Positions 27,026 to 40,656 of a stretch of DNA of 64,000 nt are shown one piece after another. Made by a program: the position numbers and the translations under genes. Source of the stretch: Octopus vulgaris (lineage: Eukaryota); NCBI GenBank assembly GCA_951406725.2, contig OX597828.1, positions 65,534,001 through 65,598,000 of the forward strand, in the 5' to 3' direction. Positions within the stretch are counted from its first letter, which is position 1, and each line of letters begins with the position of its first letter. The notes beneath the pieces are model-generated. The model was given only the letters and a program-made list of their open reading frames with translations, did not search any database and was not told the DNA's origin.

Positions 27026-28349
27026 ATATAAAGGCTTTCTTTTGTTTACATATATCTTACATTCAACAGTTATTTACTTCGCATATCACTATAAAATCTT
27101 GTGTTTAATTTCAAATACCTTTTAACAATCAGGGTGTCGCACACATAACAATCGGTTTTATATTTCTTTTTATCCATTTCACTCGTTAATTTCCAACATT
27201 TCTTCATCTTTCCCCAAAGCATTTGCAGCTTCTTGATTGCAAATTTTGGGAGAAATGGGAAGTAGACTTGTGTGTCTCAGCACATAACTGGTATAAAAAG
27301 TAAAAAGTAAAGAGTAACATTGACTCTGGTGAGATTTGAACTCAGAATATGGCAAATGAGTTGCGGCTAAATGCCAGAAGGGAACTCTACTCTTTCTTCC
27401 AATTCTAGTAGAACGATTTGATTTTACTTCGGAAATTTATTTTTGGTTCGTAATGTAACTCGATGAAGCTTACATCTACACAAACATAACACATGCATAC
27501 AAATGCATATTAATCTGGATATACATTGACGATCTCTAAGCGAAAGAAAAACAAGATGTAACACTGATTATGTCATTTATTTTTTTGCTTCTCATCTAAA
27601 TCTAGGAAATCTTATGTTTAAGCATCATGTAACATTTCCTGCTAAATACTGTTTTTGCATCTAAAATCAAGACTGGAGAAAAACAACGTAAAATCAGTTA
27701 ATGAGATGAATGAAAAAATTAAATGTATTTCTGAAGTAGACGGGGAGAAAGAGGGTGCTAATGAGATAAAGATAGTGACAGTGATGTGAGCTGATCAGAT
27801 AAGTGAGAAAGAAGTAGGGAAGGAGAGAAAGTGACAGTTCAGGTGACAGTGAAGTAGGAAAGAAAATAAATTTTATGATACACCACGAATAAAATGCCTC
27901 TCGAATTTCTGATCAAATTAGTTTACTCTTTAGATTCTAGCACAGCTTGAATAATTTCAAATCCATAACAGCTGGAATAGTTTGTAACATTCAGGATGTT
28001 AGCTGCCAAAATAATCGACCAAACCTTTTTCGTATGACTCAAGTATCCGTTTCTGGAATTCTGTGAGTTTTCTTTTTCTTAGTTTAATTTCATTTCAGTT
28101 AATGAAACTTGAAAAGATTGTCATATATTATTACATGAGAAGATCGGCGGTTCAGTTTCCAATTTTCCTTTGTTATAAATAACTTCATAGAGCAACTAAA
28201 TCCTTACTTGTTTCTATATGTAAACATAATGTAGGTCTTGTATTTCTTTAATCTTTTCAATCTCTGTAAATAACAGAATTTAAAAATTTGTTGCGTAACT
28301 GAACTGATAGCTCGTGCTCCAGTTTTATTTACAATTCTCCATAGCAAAA

Positions 28350-29046
28350 ATTGCTTTAAAATTTTGGCGCAAGGATCGGAAGTTCGATGGATGGCGTAAG
28401 TTGATTACATTGAACCCGGTGCTCAACTGGAATTTATTTTATTGAAGGTGGCGAGCTGGCAGAAACGTTAACACGCCGGGCGAAATGCGTAGCAGTATTT
28501 CGTCTGCCGTTACGTTCTGAGTTCAAATTCCGCCGAGGTCGACTTTGCCTTTCATCCTTTCGGGGTCGATTAAATAAGTACCAGTCACACACTGGGGTCG
28601 ACATAATCGGCTTAATCCGTTTGTCTGTCCTTGTTTGTCCTCTCTGTGTTTAGCCCCTTGTGGGTTGTAAAGAAATAGGTATTTATTTTATTGATCTCGA
28701 AAAGAGAAAAGGCAAGGTCGACCTTTGTGGCACTTGAACTTACAACGTAAATACGGATGAAATGCCGCTAAGCCTTTCAACCGGAGTTCTAACAATTCTG
28801 CCTGCTTGCCACCTTATTGCATAGCAAATATTGATTTCAAACTTTGGCATAAGGCCAGCTTTTTGGGGGGAGATAGAAGTCGATTACATTGACCACCAGT
28901 GTTCGACTAGTATTTATTTTATCGACCCAGAAAGGATGGAAGGCAAAGACGACCTCAGCGGAATTTGAACTCAGAACGTAAAGGCAGACAAAACGTTGCT
29001 AAGCATTTTGCCCGTCCTGCTAACCATTCAGCCAGCTCGCCACCTT
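28350..29046 (-). mobile_element. SINE A cluster: two old minus-strand copies plus a young plus-strand copy nested at 28446-28680
   Basis: Nested copy has TSD ATTTATTTTATTGA; CATAGCAAA-containing target sequence occurs three times. Confidence 0.85.
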
Positions 29047-29616
29047 AACTCCATAGCAAATACTGAAAATGATTAGTATCCTGCATTTGATAAATGTGGG
29101 CTTAGAGTGCAGTCAGATTTAACTTCTTCCACAACCATATATTATATGCTAAATTCTATAACATCTTTCTGTTTCATAAAAATCAAGATATTTGGAACCT
29201 AATGCTAACTCGTCCTTATCCCGATTTAAATCTCTGGAAATTATTCAAGAAGATAAGGTTATAAACTGTATTACATTCCATTATCAGAAAATCAAAAAAG
29301 AAACTTAGAAAAAAGATAATCTAAGATAAAATATGTTGGCAACTGTTTGTCTGAAATGAAAACATGGATTTAATGTTTTTAACATCGGAAATAACCACTG
29401 AAAGGTTATATGCAGAGGTTAGGGAAACATTAGTGGCTGTCTGAGCAAAAGAAACAAGCCCAAGGCTTTGTCAGCGGTGATATTGCCAACGTTATCCTTT
29501 AATGGCTGTACAGTAATTATCCTTTATGCTTCGTCATAAGTGATTTGTTTCTAAATATTGTTGTTAATATTTTTAGTTCATTTGTCTCGTTTTATCTTGT
29601 TTATATTCGAAAGTTC

Positions 29617-30028
29617 GGATCTTTTCGGTTTCAACGACAGTTTTTTCTAGCGGTGTCATATGAAATTGCCACCCATAATTCTGACCCTAGTATCGATCTA
29701 TTGCATTTCAGTCTGTTTTACGGTTAGGAGTGAAGGGAAGGGTATCTTTTTTTTTTTTTCACAAATGTAAATAAACCCAATCTGTTTCTTAAACGAGGGA
29801 CATATTCATACGGCACAGAATGTTTTCACCTCAATAGACGTCAGTGATTGGTTGAAATTGCAGAAATTGAAGAAAAAAACAGCAAATATCTTACAAACTA
29901 TAGAATTTTCTCAATAAAGCCAAGAGAAAAAGAGGTTTTATAAACACATTCTACCAGTATACGAAGTTTAAAAGTGTTTAGTTACCTATAAATTACGTTA
30001 AAAACTGCCGTTCAAACCGAAAAGATCC
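29617..30028. mobile_element. MITE with ~29-bp TIRs, flanked by a 101-bp direct repeat
   Basis: GGATCTTTTCGGTTTCAACGACAGTTTTT ... AAAAACTGCCGTTCAAACCGAAAAGATCC; direct repeats at 29516-29616 and 30029-30129. Confidence 0.85.
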
Positions 30029-30238
30029 ATTATCTTTTATGTTTCGTCATAAGTGATTTGTTTCTAAATATTGTTGTTAATATTTTTAGTTCATTTGCCT
30101 CGTTTTATCTTGTTTGTATTCGAAAGTTCATTTCTTTTCGTCTCTTTTGTATCAAATGCTTATTTCCTTTTTGTATTTTCTTGAGTGCTTATCATATTTA
30201 AAAAGTATATTTTGTGAGACATAACCATGTCTCACCAT

Positions 30239-30650
30239 AGGCGCAGATGTGGCTGTGTGGTAAGTAGCTTGCTTACCAGCCACATGGTTCCGGGTTCATT
30301 TCCACTGCGTGGCACCTTGGGCAAGTGTCTTCTACTATACCTTCGGGCCGACCAAAGCCTTGTGAGTGGAGTTGGTAGGCGGAAACTGAAAGAAGCCTGT
30401 CGTATATATGTATATATATATAAGTGTGTGTGTGTATGTTTGTGTATCTGTGTTTGTTCCCCTAGCATTGCTTAACAACCCATGCTGGCGTGTTTACGTC
30501 CCCGTAACTTAGCGGTTCGACAAAAGAGACCGATAGAATAAGTACTAGGCTTACAAAGAATAAGTCCTGGAGTCGATGCTCGACTAAAGACGGTGCTCCG
30601 GCATGGCCACAGTCAAATGACTGAAACAAGTAAAAGAGAGTAAAAGAATT
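30239..30650 (+). mobile_element. SINE family B, full length
   Basis: Head, core, microsatellite and 3' half ending GAAACAAGTAAAAGAG. Confidence 0.85.
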
Positions 30651-30677
30651 TGTCACGTGTGTATTATATGCAATATA

Positions 30678-31008
30678 ATGGTATCAAATGTTGGCAGAGA
30701 GCCAGTAATTTTTGAAGGCGGGGCAAATCGATCACATCAACCCCAGTACTTGACTAGTACTTATTTTATCGATCCCGAAACAATGACAGTCAAGGTCGAC
30801 CTCAGCGGAATTGGAACTCAGAACATAAATACATATGAAATATTGTTATGCATTACTAACTGTTCTGCCAGCTCGCCACCGTCAGGACAATATTTGGTTT
30901 CAAAATTTGGTATAAGTTCAGCAACGTATGAGGAGGGAGTAAGTCGATAACATCGACCCCAGTGCTCAACTGATATTTATTTTATCGTCCCCGAAATTAT
31001 GAAAGACA
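30678..31008 (-). mobile_element. Two diverged SINE A copies
   Basis: Core motif TTTTATCGA.CCCGAAA...AAGGTCGACCTCAGCGGAATT. Confidence 0.7.
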
Positions 31009-31013
31009 GAATC

Positions 31014-31075
<62 letters not shown>

Positions 31076-31076
<1 letters not shown>

Positions 31077-31418
31077 TGGGAACTGCTCATTGGAACTGCT
31101 TATATCCTACGCAAAATACTTTCTATGTAATCTCAAGTTTTAAAACAAACATAATTTTCGTATGGTTTTTTAGACATTCACTAGTACAACACTAAGTACA
31201 AAACCAAATATATGGCACCCTAGGCATAACACCAACACGAACTTCCAACTTGTTGTCTCTTGAGGATTTGAACAGAGGGACAGAGGAAATGGGCATAAAA
31301 CCATTGTCATGTCATTGGAGATAGCTAGGATACTTAGGAGGGTTCTTGGCATCAAAGGTTATTTGTTGTAGCACGATGTTAAGGGTTTTTCTCTTCCAGC
31401 AGTTTAATCTATTATGTG

Positions 31419-31420
<2 letters not shown>
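31076..31420 (+). mobile_element. Two fused R4/Dong-like 3' ends inside (AAT)n
   Basis: GTAYILRKILSM* and IARILRRVL termini; AAT runs on both sides. Confidence 0.65.
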
Positions 31421-31465
<45 letters not shown>

Positions 31466-31596
31466 TAATAATAATAACACTTTAGCCGTCCCAGTTATAA
31501 AGCTTCACTTTAGCCGTTTCCTATACCATCTCATTCTTTCTCTTATTAACTTACATCGTCTGTCGTTCCATCGTTGATTACTAATACCTCTTACAA

Positions 31597-32168
31597 GCGG
31601 CGAGCTGGCAGAATTGTTAGCACGCTGGACGAAATACTTAGCTGTATTTCGCCCGTCACTACGTTGCAAGTTCAAATTCCACCGAAGTCGACTTTATCTT
31701 TCATCCTTTCGGGGTCGATAAATTAAGTCCCAGTTGAGTACTGGGGTCTATGTAATCGACTAGTCCCCACCTCCAAATTTCAGGCCTTGTGCCTATAATA
31801 GGAATGATTACTAATACCTCCTCTTACAGCTACATCAGAAAAGAAAGTCATCTTAAACAACCTACACACAGCGTCTTAATTCATTTTAATAATATTTTAA
31901 ATATATAATGTATACTATATAAATATATAATGAAAGAAGGCGGCGAGCTGGCAGAAACTTTAGCACTCCGAGCGAAATGCGTAGTCGTATTTCGTCTGCC
32001 GTTACGTTCTGAGTTCAAATTCCGCCGAGGTCGACTTTGCCTTTCATCCTTTTGAGGTCGATAAATTAAGTACCAGTTATGCACTGGGATCGATGTAATC
32101 GACTTAATCCGTTTGTCTGTCCTTGTTTATTCTCTCTATGTTTAGCCCCTTGTGGGCAGTAAAGAAAT
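31597..32168 (+). mobile_element. Two SINE A copies (31597-31805 old tail, 31939-32168 young tail)
   Basis: Full heads and cores; TSD-like flanks ATTACTAATACCTC and ATAAATATATAAT. Confidence 0.85.
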
Positions 32169-33322
32169 ATATATAAATATATAATAAAAGACACGCTTTT
32201 GTCTGTTTCTGGTTTTAGGATAAACACCCAAACATTTGGAGATCTATTGTCTGCGAAACGAAAAAAAATAACTTTCCATTGGTCGATTCGTTGCGGTAAT
32301 GTTGAGAAAGATTTTTTTACGAATTTTGGAGATGGGGCACAGTCAATTATATCGACTTCAATAAATGAGTGTTGCTTTATTTTATACACGAGAAGGATGA
32401 AAAGCGAAATTGATCTCGGCAGAATTTTAACTCAACGTAAAGGGCTGGAACAAATAACGCAAGGCATTCTGTCCAACGCTCTACCGATTCTGTCAATCCA
32501 CCAACAACTTGAACGACTATCAATGAAATTTTCATAAGATGTAACATAATTAAGCAGAACAAATACGTGTTGCTTCTGATCTTTTAGAACCAAAATTTAT
32601 GTTGATAAATGGATGCTTAAATGTCAAGTCATCCGAAAAATTAATTTAAAAAATTCTTCCTTTTGTTGCGTGAACTATTATTAGAGTAGTCTTAATAATT
32701 TGGAATGAAATCGATGAAGACATTTTTCCAATAGAAATAAAAGCTAAGATCGAATGTGATAAGGACCTAGATGAAAGAACTGAACGGAGCATTTCAGATA
32801 AAAACCAGATGAAAGACGGTTTTTTTTTTTCCAAATGACAGCAATGTCTTAGAAGCACTTGATTAATTGTAGTTTAGGATTTAGTTTAGACTTCAAGAAC
32901 AACTAAATCTTCTGTAATGCACAATAAGAAACATCCCTCCTCTAATATAGGATTTTTTTTTTAAATTGAAGTTATGATTCTCTTTGTTTAACTTGGTCAA
33001 GTAAACAAGTGAGGTAGAACAAGTAATCTTATCTTTATTGCATGACTGAAATTCTGTTGAAGATTTAGACTTCCTCTTTCGTTAATCAGTGAAATAATAA
33101 ACCAATAGAAGCATGGTCAAAATCAGTGTTCCGGTTCATTTCTAAACCACAATATTGAATTTAATATATCATCTTTCACATCAGAGATATTCGTTTCTTG
33201 TCCTCGTGATATTGAGTAAACTGTTTTGTATGAAACATCACTATAAGTTTCCACTAGTATAAAAAAAAATTAACTTGATACTACCCGAATGTTACAATAA
33301 TTGAATATTAGTATTATGAATA

Positions 33323-33765
33323 AGGCGGCGAGCTGGCAGAAACGTTAGCACGCCGGGCGAAATGCTTACCAGTATTTCGTCTGTCGTTACGTTCAAATTC
33401 TGCCGAGACCGACTTTGCCTTTCATCATTTCAGAGTCGATGAAATAAGTACCAGTTACGTACTGAGGTCGATGTAATCGACTTACCCCTTCCCCTGAAAT
33501 TGCTGGCCTTGTGCCAAAATCTGAAACCAATATTACTATTATATATTTCTTTACTACCCACAAGGGGCTAAACATTGCACGTTAATAAATGAGCTGCGAT
33601 GTCACTGGTGCCAAGTTGTATCGGCCTTTGCCTTTCCCATAGATAACATCGGTGGCGTGGAGAGAGGAGGCCGATATGCGTGGGCGACTGCTGGTCTTCC
33701 ATAAACAACCTTGCCCAGACTTGTGCCTCGGAGGGTAACTTTCTAGGTGCAATCCCATGGTCATT
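33323..33765 (+). mobile_element. SINE A followed by an inverted A tail and a SINE C 3' body
   Basis: Family A at 33323-33530; tail fragment at 33546-33573; family C body at 33575-33765 matches 6700-6880. Confidence 0.75.
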
Positions 33766-34485
33766 CATATAAAGAAAAATTAACAAAATTAACAAATAGA
33801 AGTTCTAAAAGACTACCAGCTTATTCGTTGTTGAAAATTCATAATGTTAACCGATTATGAAGTCAGAATGATTATAGCCTTAATTATTTTTTCCTAAATT
33901 ATACAGAGTCTCTGACAGTCACAAAGAGGGGATAACGTTCAACGTTTTCTTCTAAAACGGCCAAGCCATAACTAAATTCCTTCTTTGTTGCCACTTCTAT
34001 AACAGTACAATATTATTGATTTGAAATAATTATATACATCCCAAACACATTTCTTTTTGGTTAACTGCTCATTTGTAATAATGTTGTTAACATCATAGAA
34101 ATATCCTTCCTGTATTTTAGACTTTATATGTATATCTTAAGTTCTAGCATGCAATTAGTCGAAGTTCTTTACGTGAGCAACTTTGTTCTTTGCCTTTATC
34201 TTTCCAGTAGAGCCAACCAGCCTGGTATATTGAATTTCTACATTGGCTGTTTGCAACTAAACATTGGTAAGATATTGATAGAAAGATTTTTTCCGCTCTC
34301 ATCTGACGCTTTGCTGTTCTTTACGTTTTTTGTTGTTTTATTTTTTGTTTCTTTTTCTTTCTTTTTTTGACACCTTCCCGAAGTGAAACTGTAATATTAT
34401 ATGGGAACAATATTCAGGTCCTATTTTGTCAAATCACAAAGTAACTTGGTTACAAACACTGTAGAAACTCACAATTATAATATAT

Positions 34486-34708
34486 ATTTCTTTACTGCCC
34501 ACAAGGGGCTAAACACAGAGGGGACATACAAGGACAGACAAAGGGATTACATCGACTCCAGTGCGTAACTGGTACTTAATTTATCGACCCCGAAAGGATG
34601 AAAGGCAAAGTCGACCTCGGCGGAATTTGAACCCAGAACGTAACGGCAGACGAAATACGGCTACGCATTTCGCTCGGCGTGCTAACGTTTCTGCCAGCTC
34701 GCCGCCTT
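34486..34708 (-). mobile_element. SINE A, full length
   Basis: TSD TCACAATTATAATATA on both sides. Confidence 0.9.
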
Positions 34709-35130
34709 TCACAATTATAATATAGCGAGTTGAAAGCCTCGACAAACTAATTATGCAAGCAATAAATACGCAGAAAAAATGCTATCGAGATCTACAATCT
34801 AAAAACGGGAAGGGAGATAACTCTAAATAGATCAGTTCATCAAATCATTGGCTAATTAAGTCAACGTAGACAGTTATCTGGGTTAGGAGGTTAACTAGAG
34901 GATACAACGAACATATATCGAGAGTATTAAACAGGATCGATGGAGCTCATTGTATTCTTTAAAGTAGCAGCGAAGTGCGAGTACAATCAGTCTGCGATGG
35001 ATTGAGGGGACAATGAATCATGTGATGTGATATTTATTGTGGTGAATGTTTTAGTTTATAACAGTAATACATTTTAATGCAGGCATTTTATAGCATGATA
35101 GACACACGCATATATGCATGCAGATGTGTG

Positions 35131-35193
<63 letters not shown>

Positions 35194-35242
35194 TAAAAAA
35201 GGAAAATACGCACATTTACATAGTTTTAATATAATTTTTGAT

Positions 35243-35277
35243 ATATCGACCGGTTTCGCTATCGCTATTCATGATAT
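35243..35277 (-). ncRNA. Degenerate minimal hammerhead
   Basis: AUAUC-AUGAAUA-GC gaua GC-GAAA-CCGG-UC-GAUAU: stems and palindromic CCGG intact, two core substitutions; lies between TA runs. Confidence 0.55.
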
Positions 35278-35416
35278 TATGTTTTACTTATTTGAATATA
35301 TATTTTTTTCTTAAGAAAAAATTTGGTCCATGTTGTTAATTTCTTATATATATTAATTTCATATATACATTACAACTCACCACGTGGGGATAATCGAAAT
35401 TCCTCTTTTCTGTTAC

Positions 35417-35454
<38 letters not shown>

Positions 35455-35518
35455 GGGGGAGGAGGAGAGAGAGGGAGGGGGAGGAGGAGGTTTCTAACAA
35501 TAATAACGATAGTAATGA

Positions 35519-37200
35519 TTTCTTTCATTTTCCACCAGGCGACAGTTCAGTGGCCGGTATAGGAATAAATAGAAAGCGAGGGGCTACACAAAAACTCGAA
35601 TGACTAAAAAAAACTATGAAACATAATTACATGATATACAACATCAAGGAAATATGGTGATGATGGTGGTGGTGGTGGTGGTGGTGGTTCAGTCATCCTG
35701 ATAGAGATCTATACTTCCATCCACTCTTTCCATTTTCGCCACTTTTACCCATAATTCAATAAATTCAATCGAAGACACGTTCCTTTTGAAATAAATCTTG
35801 AAAAGGTCGATGAGAGATGAAGCAAAGAGAAAAGTGTCTCACTTAAGACCTTTAGGCCTCGCCCAGCGCACAACTTCTTTGGTTACAGAGAAAAACCACT
35901 TTCCTGTCCGGTTAAAGGCGGGTGTAGCCATAGAAAGTACAATCAATACACTGGTTAACCGGATTTGTCCGATATGCGACAGCAACTATTCGATATCACT
36001 CCAAACAGCAATTCAACCTGCAACTGGAAAGCCGCATGTAATAGTGGGAAAAGTGTAGCACCCACCTATCCTGTTCTGTCAGATACTGGATTGTGGTTTT
36101 GTTGTCTGTCGTACCTCCACTTCTAGACGTCTAAACAGACATAGGCTGTCAGGACAGACACTGAAACTAGGGACCACATCGCTGCAGTCAAAGACAAACA
36201 ACTTACCATCCAAGTCATGGGAGAATCTCTCGAGATATAAGATTTTCCGAGATAAGGCTTCCACTCTACTGCCCGTTCCCCCGACGGATCATGAGATGAG
36301 TACACCTCGTATTCGTCGAAAATGTGGACGAGTGCATGTGCTCCACGGAACCTGGTCTCGTTAATGACTACTACATCTATGTGTTGCTACCTGAAATTGT
36401 TGAACAAGTGACCTTGCTTCGAAACCGAGCTCAGGCCATGTACATTAGAAGAAAGCCATATTTGCCGGGGAGAAAATGAAATAGGTCATTCACCTTGATT
36501 CTTGAAAAGGACGTTTGATCTGGTCACCTCATTGGTTGAGCTGGATGTTTTAAAAAGACCTTCGTAAAGCCTATTGGGCATTTTTCTAAAGAAAATCTCA
36601 CCATCAAGAGAAAAATTTCCCCTTTGTTTTTCTGTATGTCTGTGAGTTAGTATTAATGGTCTGTCCTTAGGAGATTTGTGGAGCTCTTCAAAATTTTCCT
36701 CAATGGAGATAATGTTTTTGTTGCTTATTATCACCTCCATCAATTCATTGCTGTTCTTTTGAACAACAGTAGAGTTGTTGTTGTTGGTGGTGGTGGTTTC
36801 TTATGTTCTTTTATTGATCTTGTGACTGATTTTACTTTACCTCCTTTTCTTTTTTTTTTGCGATTATGATCACGGTGTTTTTTAAGTTTTTCGATTAAGT
36901 TTGCTGTAGTTGATAATACCGATGTTGTTTCTGTTGTGTTTTTGTAACAGTTGAGATCGTTGCAGAGATTGCAGAGTGGACGTGTTGTGTGTTTGGGACA
37001 TCTGCCGCTTCTTTGAATGAACTGCCTTTCATCTTCGGGCGGTTTTTGTTTCTCATTTTTGTCTTCTTTTTCTGTCACAAACCACTTTAGTCTGGTTTCT
37101 CACCTTGTCCCTGATTCAAGGAGGTATGTAATAGCTGACCGTAAGGGATGTTAGCATTAATGCGTATTCGAGTTTGGGAGTGGGGGGTGGTGGGCATTGC
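35519..37200 (-). mobile_element. Decayed L1/Tx1-like LINE (ORF1 end plus AP endonuclease, internally deleted)
   Basis: RPLCNLC in an ORF1-like segment; LSSVSKQGHL..IDVVVINETRF..YEVYSS; DLDGKLFVFD; many stops and frameshifts. Confidence 0.65.
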
Positions 37201-37382
37201 TGCGATTTTTTTGCGTGGGTTTTTTTTATATTGCGGTCTGTTGTTGCTTTGGGACGCTTGTTGTTCGTGGGGGAGGGGGAGGCGGTGCTAGTGCTGCTGC
37301 TGCTGCTGTTATTGATTGTTCTGTATTGTCTCTAAATTTGTTGCTGCAGTTTCTGCTGATGTTGTTGTTGCCATTAAATCGA

Positions 37383-37474
37383 AAGCAGCAGCAGCAGCTA
37401 CAGAGGCAGCAGCAACAGCAGCAGGAGAAGAAGAAGAAGAAGAAGAAGAAGAAGAAGAAGAAGAAGAAAACGAA

Positions 37475-37509
<35 letters not shown>

Positions 37510-37640
37510 AGAAGAAGAAGAAGAAGACGAAGAAGAAGAAGAAGAAGAAGAAGAAGAAGAAGAAGAAGAAGAAAAGAAGAAAAACAACAACAACAAGAAA
37601 AGAAGAAGAAGAAGAAAACAAGAACAACTACTACTACAAT
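37383..37640. repeat. (CAG)n/(GAA)n trinucleotide tract
   Basis: Visible repeats; source of spurious poly-E/K/S ORFs. Confidence 0.95.
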
Positions 37641-38364
37641 TAAGTATATAAATTGAGCAATAAGCTAAAGAAATTAACTTCATAAATATTACTCCCACGT
37701 GACAATAAATAAATTCTAGCTCTATTGGGCCGCTCCTAATCTGATATTTCAGCCAAAATTGTCCCACTTTTCGATAATCGATAAAGAGAACAAACCACAG
37801 CGGATCTAGAACACCGTTTATCTCATTATTAAAGAAATCACGTGGAAACACTTGATTTAGTAGTTTTTACATTCTGTGTTCACAACACCCCCTGGAACAA
37901 CTTTGGTTTTCCTCTTTACAGAGTCCTTAAGGTAAAGTACCAGACACGTACCAATTCGATGGCATCGACTAACAGCTTCCCACCAAAGTTTCGTCCTGGT
38001 TCCTACTTATCTGCGGCAACGATGGCAAAATGAACATAACCATCTCTACTTAGCACTGATCTTAGTGACCTTTGTGACCTCAAGGACTTCACTCAATGAC
38101 CTCACAGACCTCAGCGATCGTCCGTCCCTCTACTATTAACACACCACATTATCTCCGCTATCCAATCACCATATCTATCATTATGGCAACCGAAACTAAT
38201 AGTCGTCATCGTCGTTGCTTTGGTCATGAACTATTACTACTGTTGCAATTATTACAATTATTACTGCTGCTGCTACTACTACCACTACAATTACTACTAA
38301 TACTACTTCTAATGCTACTACAAATAATAATGATGATGATGATGATGATGATGACGATGATAAT

Positions 38365-38978
38365 AGTTTCAGATTTTGCCACAAGGGCAGCAATTTTGGT
38401 GAATGGGGTTAAGTCCATTACATCGATCCCAGTGTTTCATTGATACTTAATTTATCGACCCCGAAAGGATGAAAGGCAAAGTCAACCTCGGCGGGATTTC
38501 TTTACTACTCACAAGGGACTAAACACAGAGAGGACAAACAAGGACAGACAAATGGATTAAGTCGATTATATCGACCCCAGTTCGTAACTGGTACTTATTT
38601 AATCGATCTCGAAAGGATGAAAGGCAAAGTCGACCTCGGCGGAATTTGAACTCAGAACGTAGCGGCAGACGAAATACCGCAAAGCATTTCGCCCAGCGTG
38701 CTAACGTTTCTGCCAGCTCGCCGCCTTCCACGGCAGACGAAATACCTATTTCTTTATTACCCACAAGGGGCTAAACACAGAGGGGACAAACAAGGACAGA
38801 CAAACGGATTAATCGATTACATCGACCCCAGTGCGTAACTGGTACTTAATTTACCGACCTCGAAAGGATGAAAGGCAAAGTCGACCTCGGCGGAATTTGA
38901 ACTCAGAATGTAACGGCAGTCGAAATACGGCTACGCATTTCGCCCGGCGTGCTAACGTTTCTGCCAGCTCGCCGCCTT
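38365..38978 (-). mobile_element. Head-to-tail SINE A array (three cores)
   Basis: Junctions at ~38497 and ~38746 (GAAATACC|TATTTCTTTA). Confidence 0.9.
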
Positions 38979-39642
38979 CGTCCATTTTTACGTTTCGTTC
39001 ATCATCTCGGTGCAACAATACGATGATTAACATCTCGGCCTCACTCACTAAATTTAATTAGCGTAGAAGACCATCAACAGTTGGATACATTTCAGCCAAT
39101 AACAATGATCAAATCGACTGGAATCTTCTACTCCAAAATATGACTTTAAGGACTTCACTAGGTGGTGCTAAGTTAGACATGGCTTGGATCATTAATGACC
39201 GACACCTCTCTGTTATCAAAATTATCTGTGTGTGGTGATGTGTGAGTCTGGGGGTGCGTACGTGCCTGCATGTCATTGTGCGTATTCTTGTGTGTCTGTG
39301 TATGTGTGTGAATGTGTACGTGTGTGTATGTGTGTGTGTGTGTGTGTGTATGTGTGTGTGTGTGTGTGCATGTATGTATATATTGACTTAAGATCAATTA
39401 CTCAACAAGTAACGAATATTTACTGAAGAGATTCATTCAACCGAAACCTGTTCTTAGTCACTACTGGTCATAACTAGGAATTGAAAAGTCAGTCAACCGC
39501 GATAATATTTGATTTCAGATTGTAGAAAGGATGTTATTAAATATTGTAAGGACTTTTTGAACGGTATTCTGTTCTTCCTCGCAATGCCTGAATGGCTTGT
39601 GAGTAGTTGTGTGTGTAGAATATATGTACATAAGTACACACG

Positions 39643-39687
<45 letters not shown>

Positions 39688-39744
39688 CGCACATACATAT
39701 CGATAATACTGATTCGCATATATATGCATGTTTATATATATATA

Positions 39745-39807
<63 letters not shown>

Positions 39808-40326
39808 GTATGTATATACATACACACATACACACATTACATACATACTTACACAGACGCACATACATACACAGACGCACAACAACAATATATATGTATA
39901 TATATATGTATATATGTATATATATATTTGTTGTTGTTGCTGCTGTTGTTGTTGTTGTTGTTGTTGTACGTGACATTTTCTTCTGCGTCTTCTAATGTCC
40001 TGGCTGCATGCTGTTAAATATAATTTACACATAATTAAAAATCATTAGATTCCTCTTATCGCAGATATCCTGGAGATTTCTCACTTATTTTATAATATCA
40101 AAAAAATACTTGCCACTATTTTCCTCGAGGTATCCAACAGGAATTATTATCTTAAACGTCCTATCCTATCTTTAATTGTCTCATTAATGACAAGTAGAAA
40201 TTAAGTCTTGATCGATGGCAGTAACAGTTGGCAGAATTGAATGTTAAAAAGTACAAGTTAATCTCTTCGTGTAAAATTTTACATGAGCTTAATACATGCT
40301 TCATATGCTTCATATGCTTCATATGC

Positions 40327-40366
<40 letters not shown>

Positions 40367-40592
40367 CAGCCGTTCAAGAATTTGGACCTGGAGATCTCCA
40401 TTTCCAGCGACTTCGAGAGCCACCTCCCAGTGGTGTCGGGCGTCGACGAAGAGCCCTCGACTACAAGACGACCAAAGCATTTTTTTCCAAGGTCTGGGGT
40501 CTCCCGCCCCTAAGCCCTAAACCATCACCCTTACCCGTCTTGTTCCTTAACAACAACAACAACAACAGCAGCAACAGCAGCAACAGCAGCAG

Positions 40593-40656
<64 letters not shown>

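Noticed and set aside
37197-37851. Poly-E, poly-K and poly-S ORFs
   Set aside because: Pure CAG/GAA repeats with no unique coding context
38365-38978. Regularly spaced repeats resembling a CRISPR array
   Set aside because: Tandem SINE copies of about 150-230 bp with no unique spacers or cas genes, in a eukaryotic context
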